Source of the DNA: Solirubrobacteraceae bacterium
GTDB lineage: Bacteria; Actinomycetota; Thermoleophilia; Solirubrobacterales; Solirubrobacteraceae
Direction of reading: 5' to 3'
NCBI GenBank assembly: GCA_017882445.1
Contig: JADGPK010000009.1
Location: 9,309 to 73,308, forward strand
DNA length: 64,000 bases
In this document: positions 8,825-18,886 of the stretch, one piece after another
How positions within the stretch are numbered: position 1 is the first letter of the stretch
How the letters are laid out: the number at the start of each line of letters is the position of its first letter
The notes under the pieces: model-generated
The model's database searches: none
Told to the model about the DNA's origin: nothing
Seen by the model: only the letters and a program-made list of their open reading frames with translations
Position numbers and translations under genes: made by a program

Positions 8825-9511
8825 CTAAGCGCTCGCGGCCGCCTGTGCCTCGCGCATCGCGCGCATCGCCTCCTTGCGCGCGCCCCTGGAGATGCGATCG
8901 AGGATCAGGATGCCGTCGAGGTGGTCGATCTCGTGCTGGATCACCCGCGCCTCCAGGCCCTCCGCCTCGATCTCGAGCTCCGCCCCCGTCTGATCCTGGG
9001 CGCGCACGCGCACCCGAGCCGGGCGCTCGACCTCGACGTGCACGCCGGGCAGGCTGAGACAGCCCTCTTCGGAGATCTCCAGCTCGTCGCTCGTCCATGT
9101 CAACGTCGGGTTCACCAGCGCCGTGAGGGGGTCCTCCTCGTAGGCGCGGTAGACGAGCACGCGATGCAGCACGCCCACCTGGTTGGCCGCCAGCCCGACG
9201 CCGAGGGCGTCGTGCATCAGCTCGCCCATCCGCTCGATCTCTGCGGCCAGCGCCGCGTCGAAGCGATCGACGGGGAGAGCGGTCGACCGCAGCACGGGGT
9301 CGCCCAGCTTGCGCACGTGGCGCAGCGCCGCATCGCGGCGGGCGCGGGTCTCGGGATCGAGCTCGGCGACCGCGGGAACGTGCTCGAGTGCCTCGGGGTC
9401 CTCCCCTTCCACGCCCGGCGCGTGCCCGAGCGCCTCGACCTCGACGTCGTCGCGTTCGGCGCTCGCAACCGGAGCGGTCGTCCCGTGGGCTGTGCGCTGC
9501 TGCTCGGCCAT
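8825..9511 (-). CDS. def: Peptide deformylase with an acidic N-terminal extension of about 60 aa
   Basis: The three Def motifs are present: GVGLAANQ, EGCLSLPG and HEIDHLDG. The extension has high GC3, so it is probably translated. Confidence 0.9.
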   Translation of the reverse strand: MAEQQRTAHGTTAPVASAERDDVEVEALGHAPGVEGEDPEALEHVPAVAELDPETRARRDAALRHVRKLGDPVLRSTALPVDRFDAALAAEIERMGELMHDALGVGLAANQVGVLHRVLVYRAYEEDPLTALVNPTLTWTSDELEISEEGCLSLPGVHVEVERPARVRVRAQDQTGAELEIEAEGLEARVIQHEIDHLDGILILDRISRGARKEAMRAMREAQAAASA

Positions 9512-9568
9512 CGAGCCCTTGAGTTTACGAGCGCCGGCGCGGGCGTGTGGCTTTGCGGGAGCTGCGGC

Positions 9569-11668
9569 CTACTGCGGGTCGACGTCGACGCTGAAGCTCA
9601 CGCCGGCGTGCTCGCGCAGGGAAGCAACATGCTGGACGGCATCGCCGACGGCCCGCACGGCGAGACGGCGCTCGGGCGCCTTGACGACGATCACCTGGCG
9701 CTCGCGCCCGCGCAGCCGGAAGAGCGCCGCGGGACCGAGCACGACTGCGCGCTCCGCCGCGCCCACGCCGGTGCCGGTGAGCATCGGCGCGAGCCGCTCG
9801 CGCACGGCGCCAGCGGCGGCGATCGCACGCGCTGACTCCTCGGCGGCGCAGACGACCTTGACCAGGTGCGAGAACGGCGGATAGTTCAGGGCGCGGCGGC
9901 GCTCGAGCTCTCCCTTCAGGAAGCCGTCGCTGTCGTGGCGGGCGGCGTGAACGATCGCGCGTGCGTCAGGGGCGATCGTCTGGACCAGCACGCGGCCGTG
10001 ACCGCCGCGTCCGGCGCGTCCGGCGAGCTGGGCGATCAGCGCGAACGTCCGCTCCTCGGCGCGGAAGTCGGGAAAGCGCAGGGTGGCATCGGCGTCGAGC
10101 ACCACACCGAGGGTCACGTCGGGGAAGTCGTGCCCCTTGGCGACCATCTGCGTCCCGATCAACACGCCGGAGTCGGCCGCTTCGAACCGTCGCAGGAGCG
10201 CCCCCACGCCGTCCTGTTCGCCGTCGGCGGGCGATCGGGACGCACGCTCGGCGGCGGCGGGGGCGCCACCGCCTGCCACGTCGGCGTCGAGGCGGAACAC
10301 GGGGAAGCCGCCGTCGTCGAACACGCTCGCGAGGTCGTGCTGGAGGCGCTCGGTCCCCGCGCCGTGGCGGGCCACCGACGTCGAGGAGCAGTCTCCACAG
10401 CGGGCCGGCGCGGGCTCGCGATAGCCACAGTGATGGCAGGCCACATAGCCGCCGCCGCGGTGCAGCACGAGCGCGACGTCGCAGTGAGGGCAGCTCCAGA
10501 CACGCCCGCAGGAGCGGCAGGAGAGGAAGTTCGACCAGCCGCGGCGGTTGAGCAGCACGATCGCCTTCCCGCGCGCCGCGCGCACCTCGGCCAGGGCCTG
10601 CGCGGTGAGCGGATGCAACCCATGGGCCTCGCCGCGCATGTCGAGCACCTGCACGTGCGGCAGCGGCCGGCGGTCCACACGGGTGGCGAGCACCGAGGCG
10701 GGTACACGGTGGACGGTCTCCGGCCGCGGGGTGGCGCTGCCCAGCAGCAGAACCGCATCGCAACGCGTGGCCCGCTCGGCGGCGACGTCGCGGGCGTCGT
10801 AGCGGGGATCGCCCTCGTGCTTGTAGGAGGCATCGTGCTCCTCGTCCACGACGATCAGGCCGAGATCCCCTATCGGGGCGAACACCGCCGAGCGCGGGCC
10901 CACGCACACCCTGGCCTCGCCCTCGCGCAGCCGGCGCCACTCGGCGTAACGCTCGGCCGGGCGCAGTCGCGAGTGCAGAACGGCGACGGTGTCGCCGAAC
11001 CGTTCGATGAAGCGAGAGACGATCTGCGGGGTGAGCGCGATCTCGGGTACGAGCACGATCGCGCCTCGATCCTGCTCGAGCGCCGCTGCGGCGGCGCGCA
11101 GGTAGACCTCGGTCTTGCCGGACCCGGTGACGCCGTGCAGCAGGCGCCGCTCGCTGCGACGGGCGCGCAGAGCGTCGACGATCGGGGCGAGCACCGCGCT
11201 CTGCTCGGCCGTCAGCCGGGGCGCCTGCGGGCTGCGCGAGCCGACAGCGAGATGACGCGGCCGGGGCACCGCCCGGCGCTTGCGCCCGCTCAGACGCCGC
11301 GCGGCCCCCGGCGGCAGCACAAGTCCGAGCGCGCGGGCGAGCGTCGAGCAGTACTCCGCCGCGATCCACTCCGCCAGCGCGACCAGGTCGGCGGGCACCC
11401 CCGGCTCCAGCGCCCGCAGGGGCGCGAGCAGCTTCTCCTCGGCGACATCGCTGCTATCGACCAGCGCCACAACCACGCCCAGGATCTCCCTGGGCCCGAA
11501 CGGCACGACTAGCATCGAGCCGACCTCGACGCCCTCGCGCAGCTCCGGCGCCAGCCGGTAGTCGAACGGTCCGCGCAGGGCGCGAGCGGTGGTGATCGGC
11601 TGAACCTGGGCGATCGCCGGGGACGCGCTCGGCTCCGACGGACTGGCGATCGGGGCGATGGCTGCCAT
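9569..11668 (-). CDS. priA: Primosomal protein N' (replication restart helicase PriA)
   Basis: Walker A GVTGSGKTEVY, DEEHD box and a Cys-rich zinc region, CRSCGRVWSCPHCDVALVLH...CHHCGY...CGDC. The start is at M27, downstream of the metK stop. Confidence 0.9.
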   Translation of the reverse strand: MAAIAPIASPSEPSASPAIAQVQPITTARALRGPFDYRLAPELREGVEVGSMLVVPFGPREILGVVVALVDSSDVAEEKLLAPLRALEPGVPADLVALAEWIAAEYCSTLARALGLVLPPGAARRLSGRKRRAVPRPRHLAVGSRSPQAPRLTAEQSAVLAPIVDALRARRSERRLLHGVTGSGKTEVYLRAAAAALEQDRGAIVLVPEIALTPQIVSRFIERFGDTVAVLHSRLRPAERYAEWRRLREGEARVCVGPRSAVFAPIGDLGLIVVDEEHDASYKHEGDPRYDARDVAAERATRCDAVLLLGSATPRPETVHRVPASVLATRVDRRPLPHVQVLDMRGEAHGLHPLTAQALAEVRAARGKAIVLLNRRGWSNFLSCRSCGRVWSCPHCDVALVLHRGGGYVACHHCGYREPAPARCGDCSSTSVARHGAGTERLQHDLASVFDDGGFPVFRLDADVAGGGAPAAAERASRSPADGEQDGVGALLRRFEAADSGVLIGTQMVAKGHDFPDVTLGVVLDADATLRFPDFRAEERTFALIAQLAGRAGRGGHGRVLVQTIAPDARAIVHAARHDSDGFLKGELERRRALNYPPFSHLVKVVCAAEESARAIAAAGAVRERLAPMLTGTGVGAAERAVVLGPAALFRLRGRERQVIVVKAPERRLAVRAVGDAVQHVASLREHAGVSFSVDVDPQ

Positions 11669-11694
11669 CGCCCCGACCTTAGAGAGCCTTGCGG

Positions 11695-12912
11695 TCAGAG
11701 CCCGGCGGCGGAGCGCAGAGCTTGAGCCTTGTCTGTCCTCTCCCACGTGAAGTCGTGGTCGTCGCGTCCGAAGTGCCCGTAGGCCGCGGTCTTCTGGTAG
11801 ATCGGGCGGTGCAGTTTGAGCTCCTCCCGGAACGCCCCGGGGCGCAGGTCGAAGTGCTCGTCGACGAGCCGCGCGATCTGGCCGCGGCCGATCTTCTCGG
11901 TGCCGAAGGTCTCGACCATCACCGACACCGGGTGCGCCACGCCGATCGCGTAGGCGACCTGCACCTCGGCTCGGTCGGCGAGACCGGCGGCCACGATGTT
12001 CTTGGCCACCCAGCGCACGGCGTAGGCCGCCGAGCGATCGACCTTGGAGGGGTCCTTGCCCGAGAACGCGCCTCCGCCGTGGCGGGCCATGCCGCCATAT
12101 GTGTCGACGATGATCTTGCGCCCAGTCAGGCCGCAGTCGCCCATCGGGCCACCGATCACGAAGCGTCCGGTGGGATTGACCAGGAAGTTCTTGATGAGCT
12201 TCTTCTCGTCGTACAGATCGGCGGGCAGCACCGGTCGCAGGACGTGCTCCAGCAGGTCGGGCTTGATCAGCGTCTCGGTGTCGATGCCGTCGGCGTGCTG
12301 GGTGGAGATCAGGATCTTTTCGATCTCAACAGGCCGACCGTCCTGATAGCGCACGGTCACCTGGGTCTTGCCGTCAGGACGCAGATACGGGACGACCTCG
12401 CCCTTGCGAACCTCCGAGAGCCGCTTTGCGAGCTTGTGCGCGAGCGAGATCGGGAGCGGCATCAGCTCGTCGGTCTCGTTGGAGGCGTAGCCGAACATCA
12501 TCCCCTGGTCACCGGCTCCCGCGACGTCGAGCTCGTCCTCGTCAGAGGGATCGTGCCGGGTCTCATAGGCGGCGTCGACGCCCTGGGCGATGTCCGGCGA
12601 CTGCTTGTCGATGGCGTTGATCACCGCGCAGGTGTCGCAGTCGAAGCCGTAGGCGGCGTTGTCATAGCCGATCCGACGTACCGTCTCGCGCGCGATTTCC
12701 TGGATGTCGACGTAGGTGTCTGTTGAGATCTCGCCCGATACGACGATCAGGCCGGTGTTGACCAGCGTCTCGCAGGCAACACGGCCATAGGGGTCGTCGC
12801 TCAGAACGGCGTCGAGCACCCCGTCGGAGATCTGGTCGGCGATCTTGTCGGGGTGTCCCTCCGTGACGGACTCGGAGGTGAACAGGAACTCGTTGTCGGA
12901 AAGCTCAGTCAT
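11695..12912 (-). CDS. metK: S-adenosylmethionine synthetase
   Basis: [22 protein letters not shown] and [19 protein letters not shown] are signature MetK motifs. Confidence 0.97.
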   Translation of the reverse strand: MTELSDNEFLFTSESVTEGHPDKIADQISDGVLDAVLSDDPYGRVACETLVNTGLIVVSGEISTDTYVDIQEIARETVRRIGYDNAAYGFDCDTCAVINAIDKQSPDIAQGVDAAYETRHDPSDEDELDVAGAGDQGMMFGYASNETDELMPLPISLAHKLAKRLSEVRKGEVVPYLRPDGKTQVTVRYQDGRPVEIEKILISTQHADGIDTETLIKPDLLEHVLRPVLPADLYDEKKLIKNFLVNPTGRFVIGGPMGDCGLTGRKIIVDTYGGMARHGGGAFSGKDPSKVDRSAAYAVRWVAKNIVAAGLADRAEVQVAYAIGVAHPVSVMVETFGTEKIGRGQIARLVDEHFDLRPGAFREELKLHRPIYQKTAAYGHFGRDDHDFTWERTDKAQALRSAAGL

Positions 12913-13000
12913 GTCTTTGAGGAATCACTCCAGGAGGTCACGGGGCGGGCTTTGAGAACTGCGATGCCCGGCGGGGTTGGCAAAGAAAACTCGCAGAAGT

Positions 13001-14353
13001 CTATGCGGCTCGGGCTCCTCCGCGCTGTCCGCGCTCGACGAAGTCGATGATCAGGGGCACGCCGTCGAGCGCGTAGCGCGCCCGCAGGCGGTTCTCGATG
13101 AAATAGGCGTAGTCGCGCGTGACACGCGTGCGCGAGTTGACCTGGATCGCGAAGCGCGGCGGGCGCTCGCCGATCTGGGCCATGTAGATGAGCTTCAGAC
13201 GGTGTCCGCTGCTGCCCCGGCGGGTGCCGATCGGCGGCTGACGCGCCTGCACGGCCTCCGAGAGGAAGCGGTTGAGCTCAGGCGTCGGTATCCGGCCTGC
13301 CATGCGATCGCCGAGCGCGATCGCCTCGGTCAGCAGGCGGGCCACGTGGCGGCCCGTCTTGGCGCTCGCCGTCAGCACGCGCGGGCGCAGGCGCAGCTTG
13401 CCGGCGACCCGGCCGCGCTCGTGCTCCAGGTCGACGCCGACGGCGGTTGAGTCCTCGCCGCGTTCTTGCATATCCCACTTGTTCAGCACGATCGCGGTCG
13501 CGCACCCGGCCTTCATCGCCAGCTCAGCGATGCGCAGATCCTGAGAGGTGACACCGTCCGCGGCGTCGCAGACGACCAGCGCGACGTCTGCACGCTCGGC
13601 CGCGCGCTGCGAGCGCAGCGCGGTGTAGTACTCGACCGAGTCCGCCACCTTGGACTGGCGGCGCATGCCGGCGGTGTCCACCAGGATCAGCTTGCGATCG
13701 CCGATGAGCAGCGGCATGTCGATCGCATCGCGCGTCGTGCCCGCGACGTCCGAGACGATCACGCGCTCTTCGCCGAGGAAGCGGTTCACGAGCGAGGACT
13801 TGCCCACGTTGGGCCTGCCGATGACCGCGAGCCGCACCGTGTCGTCCTCAGGCTCCCTGTCTCCGGCGGGCAGCAGCTCGACGATACGGTCGAGCAGGTC
13901 GCCCGAGCCGAGGCCCTGCGCCGCGGACACCGCCAGCGGCTCGCCCAGCCCGAGGCGGTGGAAATCGGCGGCCAGCGGCAGCTCGGTGACGCTGTCGCAC
14001 TTATTCGCCGCGACGATCGTCGGCAGCGGGGCGCGGCGCAGCAGATCGGCCATCTCCTGATCTCCCGGCCGCACGCCGGCGCGCGCGTCGACGACGAGCA
14101 CCGCCACCTGGGCGTCCGCCAGCCCGGCGCGCGCCTGGTCGCGGATCGAGCCGGCGAGCGGATCCTCGTCCTCGAAGTCCATGCCTCCGGTGTCGATCAG
14201 CGTGAAGCGGCGCCCGTTCCACTCGCAGTCGAGCTCCTTGCGGTCGCGCGTGATCCCTGGGCGCTCGTGCACGACCGCCTCGCGGGTGCCCGTGAGGCGG
14301 TTGATCAGCGAGGACTTCCCCACGTTCGGATAGCCGACGACGGCGACCTTCAT
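13001..14353 (-). CDS. der: Ribosome-associated GTPase Der/EngA
   Basis: Two tandem GTPase domains ([10 protein letters not shown] and [10 protein letters not shown]; DTGG and DTAG; NKCD and NKWD) plus a KH-like C-terminus. The start is at M32 of the ORF. Confidence 0.95.
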   Translation of the reverse strand: MKVAVVGYPNVGKSSLINRLTGTREAVVHERPGITRDRKELDCEWNGRRFTLIDTGGMDFEDEDPLAGSIRDQARAGLADAQVAVLVVDARAGVRPGDQEMADLLRRAPLPTIVAANKCDSVTELPLAADFHRLGLGEPLAVSAAQGLGSGDLLDRIVELLPAGDREPEDDTVRLAVIGRPNVGKSSLVNRFLGEERVIVSDVAGTTRDAIDMPLLIGDRKLILVDTAGMRRQSKVADSVEYYTALRSQRAAERADVALVVCDAADGVTSQDLRIAELAMKAGCATAIVLNKWDMQERGEDSTAVGVDLEHERGRVAGKLRLRPRVLTASAKTGRHVARLLTEAIALGDRMAGRIPTPELNRFLSEAVQARQPPIGTRRGSSGHRLKLIYMAQIGERPPRFAIQVNSRTRVTRDYAYFIENRLRARYALDGVPLIIDFVERGQRGGARAA

Positions 14354-14390
14354 CAGGCCAGTATGACCACGCCCTGCGCCTTTGCCGGCC

Positions 14391-15032
14391 TCAGGCGGAC
14401 GGAGCGGCCGCGCGGGCGAGCGTGGCGATGCGCTCCACGACCTCATCCACGCCCAGCCCGGTCGTGTCGAGCGTCACCGCCCCGCCGGCCGCTCGCAGGG
14501 GGCTGTGAGCGCGAGCGCTGTCGCGCTCGTCGCGCATCGCCTGCTCGGCGAGCACGGTGTCCACGTCCGCGCCCAGCTCGGCGGCCCGCCGCCGAGCGCG
14601 CTCGCGCGCGTCGGCCGTGAGAAAGACCTTCAGAGCCGCCTGGGGCGCGACGACCGTGCCAATGTCGCGCCCCTCGGCCACCCAGTCGCCACCGGAGATC
14701 AGCTCCCGCTGCTTGGCCACCAGGGCCTCGCGGACGGCGGGGTCGGCTGCGACGACAGATGCCGCCTCGGAGACCTCGGGCGTGCGGATCTCCTCGCTGA
14801 CGTCGCGTCCGTCGAGCAGCACCGGGCCAGACCCGTCGGCCCCGCCTCCCAGATCGATCGCCGCTGCGCGCGCCAGCTCGCCCGGCTGGCGGCCGGGCGC
14901 GGCGAGCGAGAGCAGCGCGACGCAGCGGTACATGGCGCCGCTGTCCAGGTAGGTGAAGCCGAGGCGGCGCGCCAGCCGGCGGGCGACCGTCGACTTGCCG
15001 GCGCCGGCGGGACCGTCGATCGCTACGAGCAA
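14391..15032 (-). CDS. cmk: Cytidylate kinase
   Basis: [20 protein letters not shown]...[12 protein letters not shown] start, with a 10-nt overlap with the aroA stop. Confidence 0.9.
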   Translation of the reverse strand: MLVAIDGPAGAGKSTVARRLARRLGFTYLDSGAMYRCVALLSLAAPGRQPGELARAAAIDLGGGADGSGPVLLDGRDVSEEIRTPEVSEAASVVAADPAVREALVAKQRELISGGDWVAEGRDIGTVVAPQAALKVFLTADARERARRRAAELGADVDTVLAEQAMRDERDSARAHSPLRAAGGAVTLDTTGLGVDEVVERIATLARAAAPSA

Positions 15033-16318
15033 AGTCCGGCCAGGTCCGCGACGAAGGAGGGGTAGGACACGGCGGCGGCATCCATCCCGAGCACCTCCAC
15101 GCCCTCGCGCGAGGCGAGACCGGCCACCGCCCCCATCATCGCCAGGCGATGGTCGCCGCGGGAGTCCAACGTCCCGCCGCGCAGCCCGCCGCTGCCGCGG
15201 ACGGCGAAACCGTCCGGTGTGGCCTCGATGTCGCCACCGAGCCCGCGCAGACCCTCCACGACCCCGGCGATGCGGTCGGACTCCTTCACACGCAGCTCCT
15301 GCGCGCCGTGCACGACCGTCTCCCCCTCGGCGAAGCAGCCGAGCAGCGCCACGAGCGGTAGCTCGTCGATCGCGAGCGGCACCTCCTCGGCCTCGACCAC
15401 GGTGCCCTCGAGCGCGCCGTGGGCGACGTCGAGGTCGCTGACGGGCTCCTCTCCGACCAGCTCGCCGGTCTCGTCCTCGAGGTCGCCGAGCACGATGCCC
15501 TGCATGCGGCGCAAGATGCGCAAGAAGCCGGTGCGGGTCCAGTTGACGCCGACGTCGCCGATCAACAGACGCGAGCCGGGCACGAGCACGCCGGCGGTGA
15601 CGAGGAACGCCGCGGAGCTCGCGTCGCCGGGGATCCTGATGGGCTCGAGCAGCAGCTCGTCGACGTTGACGACCGTGACGTGACGCCCGTTGCGATGGAT
15701 GGCCACGCCGGCGCGCAGGAGCATCCGCTCGGTGTGGTCGCGGCTGCGGGCGGGCTCGCCGACCGTGGTCGCGCCGTCGGCCGCGAGCGCGGCCAGCAGG
15801 ACGCAGGACTTGACCTGCGCGCTCGGGACATCGAGCTCGTAGGAGATTGCGCGCAGGCGCGCGCCGCGCACCTCCAGCGGCGGGAAGCGTCCCTCGCGCG
15901 CCGTCAGCTCTGCGCCCATCTGGCGCAGCGGCTTGGCGATGCGGTCGACCGGACGACGCCGGATCGACTCGTCGCCGTGGAGCGTGAACGAGCGCCCCTG
16001 CTGGGCGGCCAGCCAGCCCGGCAGCAGCCGCATCAGCGTGCCGGCGTTGCCCACGTCGATCGGCCCGTCCGGCTCACGCGCCTCGCGCAGGCCGGCGCCG
16101 CGCACGACGACCCCCTCGCCGTTGATCTCGACCAGGGCGCCGAGCGCCTGCACCGCATGGAGCGTGGAGGTCGTGTCGGCGGCCTGCAGGTAGCGCTCGA
16201 TGCGGACCGGCTCGGATGCCATGGCCCCGAGCAGCGCGGCGCGGTGTGAGATCGACTTGTCGGCCGGCGCGTCCAGTTCGCCGGACAGCGCGCGTGCAGG
16301 CTCGAAGCGCATGTTCAT
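15023..16318 (-). CDS. aroA: 3-phosphoshikimate 1-carboxyvinyltransferase (EPSP synthase)
   Basis: PADKSISHRAALLGA, GNAGTLMRLL and the length (431 aa) are typical of EPSP synthase. Confidence 0.93.
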   Translation of the reverse strand: MNMRFEPARALSGELDAPADKSISHRAALLGAMASEPVRIERYLQAADTTSTLHAVQALGALVEINGEGVVVRGAGLREAREPDGPIDVGNAGTLMRLLPGWLAAQQGRSFTLHGDESIRRRPVDRIAKPLRQMGAELTAREGRFPPLEVRGARLRAISYELDVPSAQVKSCVLLAALAADGATTVGEPARSRDHTERMLLRAGVAIHRNGRHVTVVNVDELLLEPIRIPGDASSAAFLVTAGVLVPGSRLLIGDVGVNWTRTGFLRILRRMQGIVLGDLEDETGELVGEEPVSDLDVAHGALEGTVVEAEEVPLAIDELPLVALLGCFAEGETVVHGAQELRVKESDRIAGVVEGLRGLGGDIEATPDGFAVRGSGGLRGGTLDSRGDHRLAMMGAVAGLASREGVEVLGMDAAAVSYPSFVADLAGLCS

Positions 16319-16379
16319 CGGATCCCTCTCATTCGCACCGCCTCCGTATCCCTCCTGCTCGCGCTGCCTGGTGTGCCCC

Positions 16380-17456
16380 TCATGCTTGCACGACCGGGAA
16401 CCCCAGCTCCGCGATCAGCTCTCCGGCGCGCCCCGCGTGCTCGTCTCCGCGGATCCACAGCGCGACGACTCCCTGGCGGTTGTCCTCCGAAGGCGACAGG
16501 GCCATGTCGACGATGTTCACGCCCGCGCGACCGAGCGCGAGGGCGATCTCGGCTATCACGCCGGGACTGTTGGGCACCGAGACTCGCAGCTCGTGCACCG
16601 GTCCCCCGGCCAGGCCGGCGCCGAGCAGGGCCTCGCGGTCGGCGCGGGCCCGCTCGTTCCAGTCGGTGACCGCGGGCGCCGTCCCCGCCTCGAGCCAGGC
16701 GCGAACCTCCTTGAGGCTCGCTGCGAACTCGTCGATTCCGGCGATCAGGGCATCGCGGTTGGACAGGTAGATGTCGGTCCATATGGCGCTGTTGGCACCC
16801 GCCACGCGGGTGGCGTCGCGGAAGCTCGGTCCGACCGCGGGCACGCGCGGCGACTCCTCGCCGCCGAGCAGGTTGGCGGCCTGTGTGACGAGCAGGTTGG
16901 CCAGGACGTGCGGCAGGTGCGACACGCAGGCCATCAAGCGGTCGTGCGTGTCGGGGTCGATGGCGGTCGGGCGGGCGCCGAAGCTCACGAGCAGCCGGTG
17001 CAGGCGCTCGTAGAGCACCCCGGCGGTGCTGCCTTTGGCGGGGGCGAGGTACCAGACGGCGCCATCGAAGAGGTCCTCGCGCGCGTGCTCCACCCCCGCG
17101 GTCTCGGCGCCGGCGAGCGGATGCCCGCCCACGAACCGCTCATCGGCGCCCGCATCGGCGAGCAGGCGCTTGGTCGAGCCGACATCGCTGACCACGCAGT
17201 CCGGGCCGGCGTCCGCGAGGGCCAGGCGAACGGTCTCTGACAGGGCGCTCACGGGCGCTGCCACGAACACGACATCGGCGCCGGCCACCGCCTGAGAGAC
17301 GTCGGCGGCCGCCGTGTCGATCGCTCCCAGCGCGAGCGCCCTGGCGAGCACGCGCTCGTCGGGGTCATAGCCGCTCACCCGCGCGTCCGCCCGCCCGCGC
17401 GACGCCAGGCCGATCGAGCCGCCGATCAGCCCGACGCCGAGCACGGCGACATTCAA
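16380..17456 (-). CDS. tyrA: Prephenate dehydrogenase with a C-terminal ACT domain
   Basis: Rossmann motif VAVLGVGLIGGS, the VSHLPH motif, and an ACT-like tail (LRVSVPNSPGVIAEIALALGRAGVNI). TTG start. Confidence 0.85.
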   Translation of the reverse strand: MNVAVLGVGLIGGSIGLASRGRADARVSGYDPDERVLARALALGAIDTAAADVSQAVAGADVVFVAAPVSALSETVRLALADAGPDCVVSDVGSTKRLLADAGADERFVGGHPLAGAETAGVEHAREDLFDGAVWYLAPAKGSTAGVLYERLHRLLVSFGARPTAIDPDTHDRLMACVSHLPHVLANLLVTQAANLLGGEESPRVPAVGPSFRDATRVAGANSAIWTDIYLSNRDALIAGIDEFAASLKEVRAWLEAGTAPAVTDWNERARADREALLGAGLAGGPVHELRVSVPNSPGVIAEIALALGRAGVNIVDMALSPSEDNRQGVVALWIRGDEHAGRAGELIAELGFPVVQA

Positions 17457-17481
17457 GGAGCGTGCTCCGCAGCGCGATCCA

Positions 17482-18516
17482 TCAGGCGGCGCTGAGCGCC
17501 TTGCCCGCCAAAGCCGCAGCCTGCTCGACCGCGGTTACGTAGTCGGCGAAGTCCTCGGCCCTCAGAGCCTGCGGTCCGTCGCAGATCGCCTCATCGGGGT
17601 TGGGGTGAACCTCGACGATGATGCCGTCTGCACCGACCGCCGCGGCGGCAAGCGACAGCGGCAGGACCAGGTCGCGCCGTCCGGCGGCGTGACTCGGGTC
17701 GACGATCACCGGCAGGTGGGAGAGCTCCTTGAGCACGGGAACGGCCATCAGGTCGAGCGTGAACCGGTAGGCGGTCTCGAACGTGCGGATGCCTCGCTCG
17801 CACAGGATCACGTTGGGGTTGCCTTCCTTGAGGATGTACTCCGCCGCCATCAGCAGCTCGTCGAGCGTGGAGGACAGCCCGCGCTTGAGCAGAGCCGGAC
17901 GTCCGGAGCGTCCGATCTCGGCGAGCAGGGGGTAGTTCTGCATGTTGCGAGCGCCGATCTGCACCACGTCGGCGACCTCCAGCACGGCGTCGATGTCGCG
18001 CATGTCCATGAGCTCGGTGACTATCGGCAGACCCGTCTCGGCCTTGGCCTCGGCGAGCAGTCGCAGGCCCTCCTGGCCGAGGCCCTGGAAGGCGTACGGT
18101 GAGGTGCGCGGCTTGTAGGCGCCGCCGCGCAGCAGCGTCGCTCCCGCGTCACGCACCACGCGGGCCGTCTCCAGCGTCTGGTCGCGCGACTCGACCGTGC
18201 ACGGTCCGGCGATGAGAGCGAAGTTCTCTCCCCCCACCTTGCGACCGTCGATGTCGAGCACCGTGCGCTCGCCATGCGTTATCTGCGCGGATGCGAGCTT
18301 GTAGGGCTTGAGGATCGGCACGACCCGGTCGACCCCGGGCTGGCCCTCCAGGCCGAGGCTGGAGATGTTCGCGTCCTGCTCGACGTCGCCGATCGCCCCG
18401 ATCACGGTGACGCGCGCGCCCGTGCTGGGATGGGCCCGCGCGCCGGCGCGCTCGATCTTGGCGACGACCGCCTCCACCTCCTCCTTGGTGGCTGTCTCTT
18501 TCATAACGATCATCAT
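17482..18516 (-). CDS. aroF: 3-deoxy-7-phosphoheptulonate (DAHP) synthase, type I-beta, with an N-terminal ferredoxin-like regulatory domain
   Basis: [26 protein letters not shown] and DPSH motifs. The N-terminal ~70-aa ACT/FL domain resembles Thermotoga-type enzymes. An AAGGATG Shine-Dalgarno sequence lies upstream. Confidence 0.9.
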   Translation of the reverse strand: MMIVMKETATKEEVEAVVAKIERAGARAHPSTGARVTVIGAIGDVEQDANISSLGLEGQPGVDRVVPILKPYKLASAQITHGERTVLDIDGRKVGGENFALIAGPCTVESRDQTLETARVVRDAGATLLRGGAYKPRTSPYAFQGLGQEGLRLLAEAKAETGLPIVTELMDMRDIDAVLEVADVVQIGARNMQNYPLLAEIGRSGRPALLKRGLSSTLDELLMAAEYILKEGNPNVILCERGIRTFETAYRFTLDLMAVPVLKELSHLPVIVDPSHAAGRRDLVLPLSLAAAAVGADGIIVEVHPNPDEAICDGPQALRAEDFADYVTAVEQAAALAGKALSAA

Positions 18517-18687
18517 CTGCTCATCCTTTCACTGACTCCTGGCATGTTAGAGATGCTGGCTTTCCACCAGACGGTGGGTCGTGAGGAGAGCGCTGTGGGC
18601 GCCCGGATGGGTGGCGCTCGGCCCCCAACCGCGGGGACCCGGTGCGACCGTCGGCACCCGCTCACGCGCGGGTGGAGGCCGAAGCGC

Positions 18688-18777
18688 CTAGCTAAATCGC
18701 CAGGAGCAGGAGGACGATGAGTCGGCAGACGCGACGAGGCTGCTAATCGATGCGGGAGCCGGTGTGTGCATGGTCAT
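18688..18777 (-). other. Candidate 29-codon upstream ORF in the 370-nt gap before the DAHP synthase gene
   Basis: MTMHTPAPASISSLVASADSSSSCSWRFS, with an AAAGG sequence 9 nt upstream. GC3 is only moderate. Mutually exclusive hairpins follow it. Confidence 0.2.
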
Positions 18778-18886
18778 CCTGCAACCTTTGTAGCAGAGAT
18801 TCGACGCGCGGTCCAGCGGTGCGAGACGGTTGCGCTCCCCTCTCCAGACGCTGGGCCTCGCGCCGAACCTCCCCGCGTGAGCTTGC

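Noticed and set aside
12913-13000. A possible SAM riboswitch in the metK leader.
   Set aside because: The gap is only 88 nt, and I recognise no SAM-I, SAM-II or SAM-IV core elements. It is too short for SAM-I or SAM-IV.
18717-18746. A plus-strand 9-codon mini-ORF (MSRQTRRGC) preceded by an apparently strong AGGAGCAGGAGGA Shine-Dalgarno sequence.
   Set aside because: The purine run is simply the reverse complement of a TCC/TGC-rich stretch on the sense strand of this co-directional gene string. It lies antisense to all neighbouring genes, and the peptide is too short to evaluate.
18517-18886. A T-box, tmRNA, RNase P RNA, SRP RNA or 6S RNA in the 370-nt gap.
   Set aside because: None of the diagnostic elements is present: no T-box AAUUGGGUGGUACCGCG-like sequence, no tmRNA tag or tRNA-like ends, no RNase P GAGGAAAGUCCGGGC, and no SRP GGAAG-type motif. 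6S RNA cannot be judged by eye.
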